Positions 1 through 10,106 of a stretch of 64,000 nt of DNA are shown here, in pieces. How positions within the stretch are numbered: the stretch's first letter is position 1; each line of letters begins with the position of its first letter. Where the stretch lies: the NCBI GenBank assembly GCA_963422375.2, contig OY729427.2:896001-960000 (forward strand), given 5' to 3'. A program made the position numbers and the translations under genes. The stretch is from Bryobacterales bacterium (GTDB lineage: Bacteria > Acidobacteriota > Terriglobia > Bryobacterales > UBA6623). The notes below the pieces were generated by a model. That model was given only the letters and a program-made list of their open reading frames with translations. It was not told where the DNA came from and did not search any database.

Positions 1-1
1 C

Positions 2-313
2 TATATCACGGCCTCGCTCCCGGACTTTCGGGGCAACTGCCGACCGTCGATCACGAACGTGGGCATGCGCCCAACGTTCGGCGGCCGCCGCCGCACCGTC
101 GAGACGTACCTGCTGGGCGTTGTGGGAGACGAGCCCCCGGAAGCGATAGAATTAAGGTTCCTGCGAAAGATTCGGGACGAGCGCAAGTTCCCGTCGGCCG
201 AGACGCTGAGGGAGCAGATCCGCGCCGACATCGAAGTCGCCGAGCGCTTCTTCCGGGATTCGGGCGCACTGTCCCAAGACGGCCCCGAACCGCAGGCTAG
301 AGAGGATTCATGA
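2..313 (+). CDS. ribF: Bifunctional riboflavin kinase/FAD synthetase, C-terminal part (5' truncated by window)
   Basis: Frame from nt 2 reads ...SITNVGMRPTFGG...VETYLL...FLRKIRDERKFPS..LREQIRADI, the riboflavin kinase NxGxRPTF / IRxExKF motifs; stop overlaps lacD start (ATGA). Confidence 0.92.
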   Translation, partial: YITASLPDFRGNCRPSITNVGMRPTFGGRRRTVETYLLGVVGDEPPEAIELRFLRKIRDERKFPSAETLREQIRADIEVAERFFRDSGALSQDGPEPQAREDS

Positions 314-1338
314 GGATTCGATACTCCGTCGCCAAGCGCGAGCACATGCAAGCCCTGTCCACGGACGACGGGATCATCGCCGCGGCCGCCATGGACCAGC
401 GGGGGTCGCTGAAGAAGGCGATCGGCAAGGGCAAGGGCATCCCTGCGAGCGACGTCACCCACGAGATGATGTCCGAGTTCAAGCTGAGCGTGTCGAAGGT
501 GCTGACCCCGCACGCGAGCGCCATCCTGCTGGATCCGATCTGGGGCATCCCGGCAGCGAGGGCGCGGGCCGCGCGCACGGGCCTGCTCATGTCGTACGAG
601 AAGAGCGGCTACGACAACACGCAGCCGGGCCGCATGGCCGACCTGATCCCGAATCTCTCCGTGGATCGGATTACCGAGATGGGCGCCAACGCCATCAAGG
701 TCCTGCTCTACTACACGCCGTTCGAGAAGCCGGCGATCAACGATGTCAAGCACGCGCTCATCGAGAGGATCGGTGCGGAGTGCGCCGCATTCGGCGTGCC
801 GTTCTTCCTCGAATTCGTCGGATACGATCCGGACGGTGGCGACGAAAAGGGCTTCAAGTTCGCCAAGCGCAAGCCCGAGGTCGTCGCGGCGAGCATGCGC
901 GAGTTCTCGAAGCGGCAGTACGGAGTGGACGTGCTGAAAGTCGAGGTGCCGGTGAACATGAAATTCGCGGCCCGCTCGAAGGCGTTCGAGGGCCCGAGGG
1001 CGTACACGAAGGGCGAGGCGATGGACCACTTCCGCGCGGCGGCGGCGGCGGCGGGCCGCCCCTTCATCTACCTCAGCGCCGGCGTGTCCAACGAAGTCTT
1101 CACCGAGTCGCTAGAGTGGGCGGCGGAAGCCGGTGTGAACTTCTCGGGCGTCCTGTGCGGCCGGGCCACCTGGCAGGACGCCATCCCGATCTACTGCGAG
1201 CGGGGCGTTAGCGCGCTCGAGGACTGGCTGGCGGACAAGGGCGTCGAGAACATCGGGCACATCAACCGCTGCCTGGAGCGGGCCACGCCGTGGTTCCGCT
1301 TCTACGGGGCCGACAGCGCCGAGGCCCTCTCGGCATAG
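310..1338 (+). CDS. lacD: Tagatose-1,6-bisphosphate aldolase (class I, LacD family)
   Basis: AMDQRGSLKK, ASAILLDP, YEKSGYD, DVLKVEVPVN, PFIYLSAGVS, GVLCGRATW motifs. Confidence 0.92.
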   Translation: MRIRYSVAKREHMQALSTDDGIIAAAAMDQRGSLKKAIGKGKGIPASDVTHEMMSEFKLSVSKVLTPHASAILLDPIWGIPAARARAARTGLLMSYEKSGYDNTQPGRMADLIPNLSVDRITEMGANAIKVLLYYTPFEKPAINDVKHALIERIGAECAAFGVPFFLEFVGYDPDGGDEKGFKFAKRKPEVVAASMREFSKRQYGVDVLKVEVPVNMKFAARSKAFEGPRAYTKGEAMDHFRAAAAAAGRPFIYLSAGVSNEVFTESLEWAAEAGVNFSGVLCGRATWQDAIPIYCERGVSALEDWLADKGVENIGHINRCLERATPWFRFYGADSAEALSA

Positions 1339-1339
1339 G

Positions 1340-2464
1340 CTAGGCCGCGGGCTGCGAGCGACGCAGCCCGCCGAATTCGAGCAAGGCGCGCTCGTCGGCT
1401 GGATCCAGCGAGCCGTCGGGCAGGAGCGGGACGCGCAGCAGCAGGTTGGCGTCCCGCGAGGATGCTTCCCGGAGCGTCGCAAGCAGGTCTTGCGCGTCCG
1501 GCGGGCCCTCGGCGCCCGGCACCCGCAATGGACGGCCAATCTCGAGAGGCCTGCCGCCGGTCTCTATTCGCGTGCCGGTCGCGGCTCCGTCGACGCTGAC
1601 GAAGTCCTCGCCGCCGCTGGCACCGGGCCCGAAGCTCACCAGGCCCGCGGGCCGGGCCTCGCGCAGGACCGCGTAGGTCTGCTCCACGGGGAACAGGTCG
1701 GGCCTGGCACGGTAGCCCGCCAGGGGCTCCAGACGGATTCCGGCGAGCGCGTCGTAGCGATAGGCGATCTCCTGCAGCTGGCCGTGCGCGTACCGGACGT
1801 AGTAGAGGAAGTCCTCGTCGGTCTCGAACCGGTACTCAGGCTGGAGCTCGGCGTAGGCCGGGCGCGCCCCGCGCCAGTCGGTCCACGCCGTCTCGGCGGG
1901 GAAGAAGTAGGGATGACGCCAGTCCGCCGCGTAGGAGTACGACAGGACCAAGCCGATGCCGCTGCGGCTGCACGATTCCGACAGCTCGCCGACCAAGTCC
2001 CGCCCGCTGCTCTCCAAGCTATTGAACTCGGTCTCGACCGTCCGGAAGAGGCAGAACCCGTCGGCATGCCGCGCGGGCAGCCCCACATACTTCATGCCGC
2101 ACTCGACCGCCAGCCCGGCGAGCCGCTCGGCATCGAAGCCGCCGGGGTCGAAGGTCCGGTTCAGCTCGGCGTAGCGAGCGACCGGAATCCGCTCGTCGAA
2201 CTGCACGGACGGCCCGCGGCGCAACTGGGAGTACACTCCGTACTCTAGGAACAGGCCGCACGCGGCAGAGCGGAACCACGCCCGGGCCGCCCCGCTCGGT
2301 TCGGTAGATCGCCCATCCCGGAACGCATCCAGATGGGCCGGGATCTCGGCCTCGGGCGCGGCAACGGGCTCGGTGCAGGCCGCCGAACCGGCGGCAGCGG
2401 CAAGAAACACGCGCCGATGAATGCGTCGGCACGCAGTCTCCCGACGATTCCCAACGGACCTCAC
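1340..2464 (-). CDS. Alpha-L-fucosidase (GH29)-like exported lipoprotein with divergent active-site motifs
   Basis: WFRSAACGLFLEYGVYS, FDPxxFDAE, GMKYV..ARHADGFCLF, GRDLVGEL, QLQEIAYRY, NLLL.VP..PDG; Tat/lipoprotein-like N-terminus RRVFLAAAAGSAAC. Start uncertain: GTG 2464 chosen, the track ORF to 2797 is probably overextended. Confidence 0.78.
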   Translation of the reverse strand: MRSVGNRRETACRRIHRRVFLAAAAGSAACTEPVAAPEAEIPAHLDAFRDGRSTEPSGAARAWFRSAACGLFLEYGVYSQLRRGPSVQFDERIPVARYAELNRTFDPGGFDAERLAGLAVECGMKYVGLPARHADGFCLFRTVETEFNSLESSGRDLVGELSESCSRSGIGLVLSYSYAADWRHPYFFPAETAWTDWRGARPAYAELQPEYRFETDEDFLYYVRYAHGQLQEIAYRYDALAGIRLEPLAGYRARPDLFPVEQTYAVLREARPAGLVSFGPGASGGEDFVSVDGAATGTRIETGGRPLEIGRPLRVPGAEGPPDAQDLLATLREASSRDANLLLRVPLLPDGSLDPADERALLEFGGLRRSQPAA

Positions 2465-2820
2465 GGACTGCCTTCGGCGGTCAAGTCGATCAGCGCGCCT
2501 CAAGCCGTAGTTTAGACCGACTCGACCGGAGGGCGCGGCGCTCGGATGCCCCGTCCCTGATACCCAGCGTCGGGACGCGCGACGAGATTCGCCTCGCCGA
2601 ATCCCCCATCTCTCCGTATGTCCAGCCCCGCGCCCTTCCTCCGCCGGCAGACGCGTGCGCTCCGGCGGTTCAGTCGAAGTCCTGGCGCGAACGCGGCACT
2701 CGCGACCTGCGGAAGCATTCGACGTCATCGACCGACGCCTTGGGGAACAAGGGAAGAATTCCCCCAATTGTCGGCACTCTCGCATCCTAGGGAGCACTTC
2801 CTCCAGTCGAGAGAGGCCAC

Positions 2821-2967
2821 ATGACGATGCCGCGAGTGCGGGGACTCGCCGACATTACGTACAGCCCAACCCAATGGACGGAGCCTAGGAACGAGCTGAT
2901 TGAAGTGGACGAATGGGTGAGAAAAATCCCAAATGGATGCCGGCGGGGAGGTGCTTCTTCGAATTGA
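2821..2967 (+). CDS. Possible 48-aa small protein (MTMPRVRGLADITYSPTQWTEPRNELIEVDEWVRKIPNGCRRGGASSN)
   Basis: ATG 2821 preceded by GAGAGG, open to TGA 2965-2967, in a lower-GC intergenic stretch; no recognisable family. Confidence 0.25.
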   Translation: MTMPRVRGLADITYSPTQWTEPRNELIEVDEWVRKIPNGCRRGGASSN

Positions 2968-3063
2968 TCCGATCTCAATTCCCGGCGGGACCGATCGATA
3001 CCGTGGCACGGGACGGAGGATTGGGCGGACGCCGATGAAGCGTCGGCGTGCTACGATGGCGGC

Positions 3064-4275
3064 ATGTTGCGAGTTGGGAGCGTCGCCATCGCGATTCTGT
3101 CGCTGCTGCCGGCCTGCGGCAACCCGCCGGAACAGCCGAGCGACTCTGCCAGCCCGCGCGTCGCGCGAGTGTTCGAGGCGGCGACCGGCGGATACGCCCA
3201 TTACCGGGTGCCGGCGATCGCGGTCTCGCCCGCCGGAACCGTCATGGTCGTCGTCGAGGCCAGGGCCAGCGAGCGCGGCGACTGGGGCCTGCAGGACATC
3301 CTCATGCGGAGGAGCTCCGACAGGGGCGAGACCTGGGACGCGCCGCGCAAGATCGTCCAGCTGCAAGATCCGCAGCCGCAGAACGAAGCGGCCATCGCCC
3401 AAGGCCTCGCTGCGGAGGGCGTGACGACCTACAACAACATCGTGCCGATCGTGGACCGAGAGGCCGGGACGGTGCATTTCCTGTTCTGCAGCGCGTACGC
3501 TAGGGCCTACTACATGCGCACCGAGGACGACGGCGAGACCTTCAGCCAGCCGGTCGAGATTACCGAGACATTCGAGCGCTTCCGTGACGAATACGACTGG
3601 AAGGTGATCGCGACCGGTCCCGGGCACGGGATCAAGCACTCGAGCGGGCGGCTGATCGTGCCCGTTTGGCTTTCCGACGGCACGGGCGGCCATGCCCACC
3701 GTCCGTCGATCGTCTCGACCGTCTACAGCGACGACGGCGGCGCGAGTTGGGAACGAGGCGATGTCGTCGTGCGGCACCCCGAACTGAAGAATCCTTCGGA
3801 GACGTTGGCTGCGGAGCTCTCGGACGGCTCCGTCATGCTCAACATCCGCAACGAGTCGCCGGAACACCGCCGGTCAGTGACCGTCGGGCCCGACGGCGCG
3901 ACGGGGTGGTCAGCCCTGCGCTTCGACGAGGCCCTGGTCGAGCCGATCTGCATGGGCAGCCTGCTGCGCGTCGGGGAGGCGCTGGTGTTCGCGAATCCCG
4001 ACAGCACCGAGCCGCGCGACCCGGCGAATCCGCTGGGCGGCTGGAAGCGGCAGAACCTGACCGTCAGGCTCAGCGAGGACGACGGGAGGACATGGCCGCA
4101 CAAGCGCGTCATCGAGCCGGGCGTGAGCGGGTACAGCGACCTGGCGGCGAGCGAGGACGGCACGGTCTACTGCGTCTACGAGGACGGCACGCCGAGCAAC
4201 CGGGGCACGCACGTGCAGTACGTCAGTGTCGCGCGCTTCGACCCGGACTGGATCCGGGAGCCGTCAGGCGAATAG
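3064..4275 (+). CDS. Exo-alpha-sialidase (GH33, BNR/Asp-box propeller), lipoprotein
   Basis: YRVP (F/YRIP motif); Asp-boxes SSDRGETW, TEDDGETF, SDDGGASW, SEDDGRTW; GYSDL and VYE near C-terminus; lipobox LPAC. Confidence 0.9.
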   Translation: MLRVGSVAIAILSLLPACGNPPEQPSDSASPRVARVFEAATGGYAHYRVPAIAVSPAGTVMVVVEARASERGDWGLQDILMRRSSDRGETWDAPRKIVQLQDPQPQNEAAIAQGLAAEGVTTYNNIVPIVDREAGTVHFLFCSAYARAYYMRTEDDGETFSQPVEITETFERFRDEYDWKVIATGPGHGIKHSSGRLIVPVWLSDGTGGHAHRPSIVSTVYSDDGGASWERGDVVVRHPELKNPSETLAAELSDGSVMLNIRNESPEHRRSVTVGPDGATGWSALRFDEALVEPICMGSLLRVGEALVFANPDSTEPRDPANPLGGWKRQNLTVRLSEDDGRTWPHKRVIEPGVSGYSDLAASEDGTVYCVYEDGTPSNRGTHVQYVSVARFDPDWIREPSGE

Positions 4276-4332
4276 CGCAAAGGTCGCGCCGAAGGGCGCA
4301 AGGGCCCCAAGGCGGCGAGCGAGGGCCGGAAC

Positions 4333-5733
4333 TCAGACCGCGTCCCCGGCGGACCGGGCTGCGCGAGTCAGCTCCTCGAGAATCCCGGCGTTGCCGGAAT
4401 CGTCGATCACGTTCACGAACTCTCCCGGATCGTTTTCCAAGTCGAAGAGCTCGCTGCGCTCCCAGCTCAGGTAGTTCAGCTTCCAGCGGTCGGTGCGCAC
4501 CATGAGGATCGGCGGCTTGCCCACGAACCGGTCGTCCGCGGTAAACACCCGGCGACAGAAGTAATACTCCGAATAAGCGAATTCGCGCGCGGCATGGCGG
4601 GTCCCGAGCATGCTAGGCGCGAACGACCGGCCGTCGATTCCCTCGGGCGCAGCGAACCCGCAGAGCTCGGCCAGCGTCGGAAACAGGTCGACCTGCTCCA
4701 CGATGTGGTCGCGCGAGGAGCCGGCGCCGTGCCGCTCCGGCGTGCGCACCACCAAGGGCACGCGGACGGACTGCTCGTACATATTGTGCTTCGTCCACAT
4801 GCGGTGCGCGCCCGCCATCTCGCCGTGGTCGGAGGTATAGACCACCACGGTGTTCCTGTCGAGTCCGAGCTCGCGGAGGGTGTCGAACACGCGCCCGACG
4901 TTGGCATCCATCTGCGAGACGTTCCCGTAGTAGCCGCGGATCGCGTCGTGGAGCTCCTCATCCGTCTGCTGGTACCAGCCGCGCTCCCTCGCGCGGACCA
5001 AGTGACCGTGGAAACCGGTCTCGAGCGCGCGGGAGGAGCGTTCCGGGAGATCGAGCCGGACGCCGGAGTACCGATCCCAGTACCGCCGGTGCGGTACCAG
5101 CGGCGTGTGGGGCATGAAGAACGATGCCCACAGGCAGAAGGGCTGGTCGCGGTGCGCCCGCAGGAAGCGCACTGCCTCCTCGGAGTAGAAGGTGTCCCGG
5201 AACAGGCGCTCGGGCATGGCGGAGGGCCGGCCGGACGTGCCACCGCCCGCGCCTTGGTCCGCACGGAACTCCCGGACCTCCTCCCTAGTGAGTCGGGACT
5301 GGTAGGTTGCCGCGTTCACCCGATGCGCGAAGCCGTGCCGGCGCGATTCGTCGACGAAGTGCATCTTGCCGATCGCCGCCGTCGAGTAGCCGCGATCCGC
5401 GAAGAAATGGGCTACTGTGCGGGCGTCGCTAGGCAGGGGATCGCCGAGCACGCGGGCCCCGTGGCGGCTCGCGTAGCGCCCCGTGATGATCGAACCGCGG
5501 GACGGGACGCAGACCGGGGACTGGCAGTAGGCGCGCTCGAAGCGCACTCCCTCGGAAGCGATCTCGTCGATGTGCGGGGTCAGGGCCTGGTGGTGGCCGT
5601 AGCACCCCGACGCCGCGGCCTGGTGCTGGTCCGAGCAAAGGAACAGGACGTTGGCCTGCTTGGTCCGCGAGAACGCGAAGAACGGGCCGACCGAAGCCGC
5701 GGCCGCGGTGCGAATCGCCTGCCGCCTGTCCAC
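4333..5733 (-). CDS. Formylglycine-dependent (Cys-type) sulfatase, choline-sulfatase-like, Tat-exported
   Basis: NVLFLCSDQH, CVPSR (CxPxR), GKMHF, PHTP, SDHGEM, YEQSVRVP; N-terminal MDRRQAI. Confidence 0.92.
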   Translation of the reverse strand: MDRRQAIRTAAAASVGPFFAFSRTKQANVLFLCSDQHQAAASGCYGHHQALTPHIDEIASEGVRFERAYCQSPVCVPSRGSIITGRYASRHGARVLGDPLPSDARTVAHFFADRGYSTAAIGKMHFVDESRRHGFAHRVNAATYQSRLTREEVREFRADQGAGGGTSGRPSAMPERLFRDTFYSEEAVRFLRAHRDQPFCLWASFFMPHTPLVPHRRYWDRYSGVRLDLPERSSRALETGFHGHLVRARERGWYQQTDEELHDAIRGYYGNVSQMDANVGRVFDTLRELGLDRNTVVVYTSDHGEMAGAHRMWTKHNMYEQSVRVPLVVRTPERHGAGSSRDHIVEQVDLFPTLAELCGFAAPEGIDGRSFAPSMLGTRHAAREFAYSEYYFCRRVFTADDRFVGKPPILMVRTDRWKLNYLSWERSELFDLENDPGEFVNVIDDSGNAGILEELTRAARSAGDAV

Positions 5734-5788
5734 GGAAGCCCAATATACCAGCGAGCGGGCCGGGCCGGCAGGGAGGGAGGCGCCGCGG

Positions 5789-6949
5789 CTAGCGCCGCGC
5801 CCGGGCGAAGCAATAGACTTCGCCGCTGCGCGAGCCTATCACCAAGCGCCCGTCCGCGATCGCGGGCGACGCCACGACTCGCCCGCCTATCGCGAACTTC
5901 CACAGCAACGATCCGTCGCCGTGGTCGAGCGCGTAGAGGTTGCCGTCCATCGAGCCCACCCAGATCACGCCTCCGGCCAGGGCGGGCGAGGAGTCCACGC
6001 GGGAGCGGGTCTCGAACTCCCACTTCAGCTTCCCGGTCGCCTCGTCGATCGCATGCACGCGCTTGTCGCGCCCGCCGATCACGACAAGGCCACCGCTGAC
6101 CACCGGCGAGGAGAAGAACTCGAAGTCGGTCACCGGATGGTCGTAACGCCACGCGACCCGCCCCTCCTTCCAGTCGATGCGGAGGACCTCGTAGCCGAAG
6201 GTGCCCACGTAGGCCGACCCGCCGACGACAGCGGGCGACGCGGCCACGTAGTCCCGCATGTCGATCACCGCGTCCTCCTCCCCGGAGCGGATGTCGATGA
6301 CGCGGAACTGCCCGTCGCAGCCGGTGATGAACGTCCTGCCCCCGACAACCGCCGGGCTGGAGTTCACGCGGTCGTCCGTCTGGTACTTCCAGAGGACCTC
6401 GCCGGTCCTCGGATCGAACGCGTAGAGGTTGCTGTCGTACGATCCCACCAAGACGCTCTCGGCGCTGCAATGAGGCGACGAGAGAATCTCGGCGAACGTC
6501 TGGTAGGTCCACCTCGCCTCCCCGGTCTCGATGTCCACCGCGTGGAAGAAGCCCTCCTCGTCACCGAAGAAGACTGCGCCGGCGACGACGCAGCCCGAGG
6601 CGGGCACGCCGAGATTCGCCTGGTAGACCCACCTAGCCGTGCCCGTCGCGAGATCGACGGCATGGAAGCGCCCGTCCATCTCGCCGAAGTAGACGGTGCC
6701 GTCGACGATGATCGCCGTCGAATCGACCCCGCCCGGGGCCTCGTACACCCACTTGACCTCCAAGGGAGGATCGAAGGCCGAATCCGCGACCGAGTTCCGG
6801 TCGCTGTTACCGAGAAACAGCGGCCAGTCAGCGGAGTCCGACGGAAGAGCGCACAGTGCCGCGAGCGCCGCCGCGGTGGCGAAGCGACCGGCACCGGCCT
6901 GGCAAGTTGCTACAACGACTTGAAATAGCACCGGAGCAGCGCGAGGCAC
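5789..6949 (-). CDS. PQQ-binding-like beta-propeller repeat protein (BamB-like repeats)
   Basis: Repeated SSP..G.V..GS.DG..YA.D..TG...W units after WPLFLGN; start uncertain. Confidence 0.85.
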   Translation of the reverse strand: MPRAAPVLFQVVVATCQAGAGRFATAAALAALCALPSDSADWPLFLGNSDRNSVADSAFDPPLEVKWVYEAPGGVDSTAIIVDGTVYFGEMDGRFHAVDLATGTARWVYQANLGVPASGCVVAGAVFFGDEEGFFHAVDIETGEARWTYQTFAEILSSPHCSAESVLVGSYDSNLYAFDPRTGEVLWKYQTDDRVNSSPAVVGGRTFITGCDGQFRVIDIRSGEEDAVIDMRDYVAASPAVVGGSAYVGTFGYEVLRIDWKEGRVAWRYDHPVTDFEFFSSPVVSGGLVVIGGRDKRVHAIDEATGKLKWEFETRSRVDSSPALAGGVIWVGSMDGNLYALDHGDGSLLWKFAIGGRVVASPAIADGRLVIGSRSGEVYCFARARR

Positions 6950-6964
6950 CCTGCCTCGCCCTCT

Positions 6965-7927
6965 CTAGAAAGTAGCGATCGGGTTGAACGGGCTGCCGGT
7001 GCCGCCGCCGACCGCCATCGGCGCCGCCGTGACCAGAAACTCCCAGCGCTCTTGGCGGGCAGCCTCCTCCGCCACGTCCTCGAGGTCCAGGTTATCGAAT
7101 ATCGGCATGCCCATGGCGATTATGACCAGCTGGTGGATGGGCTGGCCGACGCCGTCCACCAGCGACGGCGAAACGTCGCTGGCCGCGTCGCTGCCGAGAA
7201 TCGCCGCGTCGCGATCCCTGAGCCACTTCGCGCACGACGCATGCAGGCCGGCCGACTTGGCCGAGACGTCCCACGGGCCGTCGCTGTCGCGCTTGGCCCA
7301 CCGCCCCGTTCGGATCAGGACGATGTCCCCGCCGCGCACCTTCGCCTTCGCCCGCTTCTCCCATGCGTCGAGATCCGCCGGATAGATCGGCGTGCCGGGC
7401 TCCAGCCAGTCGACCCCCTTCAGCCGCGCGATGTCCATCAGGACCGCGCGAGCGAAGATGCCTTCCTTGAAGTTCGTGACCGCCAGCTTGGGCGCGCCCT
7501 CCGCAACCACATCGGCCTGCGGGAAGCCATTGTACATCTTCCCTTCAAACGCCATGTGGCACAGGGAATCCATGTGCGTATGCGCGTATCCGTGATAGCT
7601 CACCCGGTAGTCGTCCGAGACGAACTGGCCGGGGTTGTTCAGCCCTACGTTGAGCATCTTGTGCTTGAACGGGCGGGGATTATCGACGGCGGTCTCCTTC
7701 TCCACGTCGCGAGCGAGCGAGACCGAGATGCCTTTCGTCACGAGTCTCGCCGCCGCCAAGCGGGTCTCTGGGGTGATCAGATTGATCGCGCCGAGCTGGT
7801 CGTCCTCGCCCCAGCGGCCCCAGTTCGAAAGCGATTCCATCCACGCGTCGACATCGGCTTTCGTCATGGAGGGCTGGCCGTACGCGCAAGCCAGCACCAG
7901 CGTCGGCAGCAGAAGCTTCTTCGTCAC
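6965..7927 (-). CDS. Cyclase family metal-dependent hydrolase (kynurenine formamidase-like), exported
   Basis: NWGRWGEDDQLGAINL, HGYAHTHMDSLCH (HxxTHxD), GDIVLIRTG, GTGSPFNP; signal peptide. Confidence 0.87.
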   Translation of the reverse strand: MTKKLLLPTLVLACAYGQPSMTKADVDAWMESLSNWGRWGEDDQLGAINLITPETRLAAARLVTKGISVSLARDVEKETAVDNPRPFKHKMLNVGLNNPGQFVSDDYRVSYHGYAHTHMDSLCHMAFEGKMYNGFPQADVVAEGAPKLAVTNFKEGIFARAVLMDIARLKGVDWLEPGTPIYPADLDAWEKRAKAKVRGGDIVLIRTGRWAKRDSDGPWDVSAKSAGLHASCAKWLRDRDAAILGSDAASDVSPSLVDGVGQPIHQLVIIAMGMPIFDNLDLEDVAEEAARQERWEFLVTAAPMAVGGGTGSPFNPIATF

Positions 7928-7978
7928 GCCAACAGCTTAGCAGGACGCTCGCAACGGCCGTCCCCTCGCGCCCCGGGT

Positions 7979-9757
7979 TCAGCCCGGCTTGCGCATTCCC
8001 CGGCCGAGCGGCCACTGCTCGCGTGCGACGACGCCCGTGCCCTCCTCGATACGCACCAAAGCATTGGCCGGCACGGCCTCGAATTCTTCGGAGGCACCCG
8101 ACGGCCAACGGACTTCCAGATCGGCGGCAATCTCGGGCCCTAGCCCGAAATGCAGGCGGCTGTCGCTGGCGGAGTGGAAGCTGGACTGGCTGAGCACGGC
8201 CCGGGCCTGCGAGCGCCCGCCATAGCGAGCGACGACGGTCGCGCCGACGGCACCCCTGTTCGACTTGGTGCCGACGAGCTTCACCTTCAGCCAGTTGCCC
8301 TTTCCCGACACATCGTTCCTGAGCAGCGACGGCGGCGCGTTGAGGTTCACGACCAGAATATCCACGTCGCCGTCGTTGTCGAAGTCACCGAAGGCGCAGC
8401 CCCGGCTGCAGCGCGCCTCGCCGAGGGCCGGCCCGGCCTCGTCGAAGATCTGCTCGAACCGCCCGTTGCCGAGATTGCGGAACAGGACCCTGGGCGTGGC
8501 GGCGGGGTAGCGGTCGAACTCGCGCGCCACCTGCGGATACACGCTCCCCGTAACGAAGAATATATCGGGGAGACCGTCGTTATCCAGATCCGCGATGCCC
8601 GCGCCCCAGCCGACATAGCGGGTCTCGACGCCGATCCCCGACCGCGAGGTCATGTCGTCGAAATAGCCTGATCCGTCGTTCCGGTACAGTACATGCGTGT
8701 CGTCCGAAAAGTGCGTCTTGAACAGGTCCAGCTGGCCGCTGAGGTCGTAGTCGCCGACGGCGACACCCATGCCGGCCTGCTCGGCACCGTCCTCGCTGAC
8801 GGCGCATCCTCGCTCCAGCGCTTCCTCGGCGAAGGTGCCGTCGCCCCTGTTCCGGTACAGCAGGCTCGGGCTCGAGTCGCCCGCGACAAAGATGTCCTGC
8901 CAGCCGTCTCCGTCGAAGTCAGCGGCAACGGCCGTCAACGCGTAGCTCTCGGTCGGCGAGGCGATTCCCGAGACCTCGCTGACGTCCTCGAAGGTGCCGT
9001 CGCCCTTGTTCCGGTACAGCAAGTTTCGGCCGCGAGGCAGTCCGCGCGGGCCGCACACGACGGGAACGCCCTTCCATACGCACACGGAGGAATCGCCCGG
9101 CAGTGGGACGGATCCGAAATCGAACTCGAGATAGCTGGCGACGAACAGATCCAGATGCCCGTTCCGGTTGCAATCGACGAACGTGCAGCCCGACCCCCAG
9201 CGCACCTCGTCCAAGGCCAGCCCCGCATCCTCGGTCACGTCGGTGAACGTCCCGTTCCCGTTGTTCCGGTACAGCACGTTCCGTCCCCAATAGGTCACGA
9301 ACAGGTCGTCGAATCCGTCGTTGTTGTAGTCCCCAACGCACACGGCGGACGCCCAGCCGCTCCGGACCAAGCCGGCTTCCTCAGTGGCATCCGTGAAGGT
9401 CCCGTCGCGGTTATTCCGGTAGAGGCGGTTCGTGGCACCGTCGGGAACGCCCTCAAGGGTGCGTCCGTTAAGGAGGAAGATGTCGAGCCACCCGTCGTTG
9501 TCGTAGTCGACGAAGGCTGCGCCGCATCCGATGGTCTCGAGGATGTACTTGGGGTTGTCAGCCGAGCCGTATACCGTCGGCCTATCCAAGCCGGCTGCCG
9601 ACGCAACGTCCGTGAGCCTCGCGGCGAAGGGCAATCCCGACGCCCGCGGGCGAGGCTGGGGCCGCACTCCCCGCGAAGCGACGCCCTGCGCCCGGAGGAC
9701 GGCGGGGCCTGCCGGGGCCAGCGACAGGACTTGACGGCGCGTAAGCCTAGCGTCCAT
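7979..9757 (-). CDS. CRTAC1-family FG-GAP repeat + ASPIC/UnbV protein, Tat signal
   Basis: Repeated DYDNDGWLD/DFDGDG Ca-binding loops, C-terminal SQSSFHSASDSRLHFGLG..EVRWPSG (ASPIC/UnbV), N-terminal LTRRQVL. Confidence 0.9.
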   Translation of the reverse strand: MDARLTRRQVLSLAPAGPAVLRAQGVASRGVRPQPRPRASGLPFAARLTDVASAAGLDRPTVYGSADNPKYILETIGCGAAFVDYDNDGWLDIFLLNGRTLEGVPDGATNRLYRNNRDGTFTDATEEAGLVRSGWASAVCVGDYNNDGFDDLFVTYWGRNVLYRNNGNGTFTDVTEDAGLALDEVRWGSGCTFVDCNRNGHLDLFVASYLEFDFGSVPLPGDSSVCVWKGVPVVCGPRGLPRGRNLLYRNKGDGTFEDVSEVSGIASPTESYALTAVAADFDGDGWQDIFVAGDSSPSLLYRNRGDGTFAEEALERGCAVSEDGAEQAGMGVAVGDYDLSGQLDLFKTHFSDDTHVLYRNDGSGYFDDMTSRSGIGVETRYVGWGAGIADLDNDGLPDIFFVTGSVYPQVAREFDRYPAATPRVLFRNLGNGRFEQIFDEAGPALGEARCSRGCAFGDFDNDGDVDILVVNLNAPPSLLRNDVSGKGNWLKVKLVGTKSNRGAVGATVVARYGGRSQARAVLSQSSFHSASDSRLHFGLGPEIAADLEVRWPSGASEEFEAVPANALVRIEEGTGVVAREQWPLGRGMRKPG

Positions 9758-10106
9758 GCGCACACTCTATCAACGCGCGCCGACAGCGGTGACTCACGCT
9801 GACGGCCGTGCGGCAGCCTGCACAAAGTTGCGACCCTCTACACGGATCCTGCCCGGACTTCTTGCGCCGCAGCCGACGGGCATCCCGTGGGCCGACGGAA
9901 ACTCGCCACTCGACGGCCCCTGCAGGTAACGCGACGGTCCCAGCCGGACTGGCCATTTCCCGAACATCGCCGGCTGACCAGCCGACTTGATCGCGCAACT
10001 CCCGGACAGCAGGATTCTACACAGGGCCACTGGCATGCCAACATGAGGAGGTCCCGCGGATGGGCAAAGCGTCTCGTCAATGCATCTCGCACGAAGAGGC
10101 ACGGAA

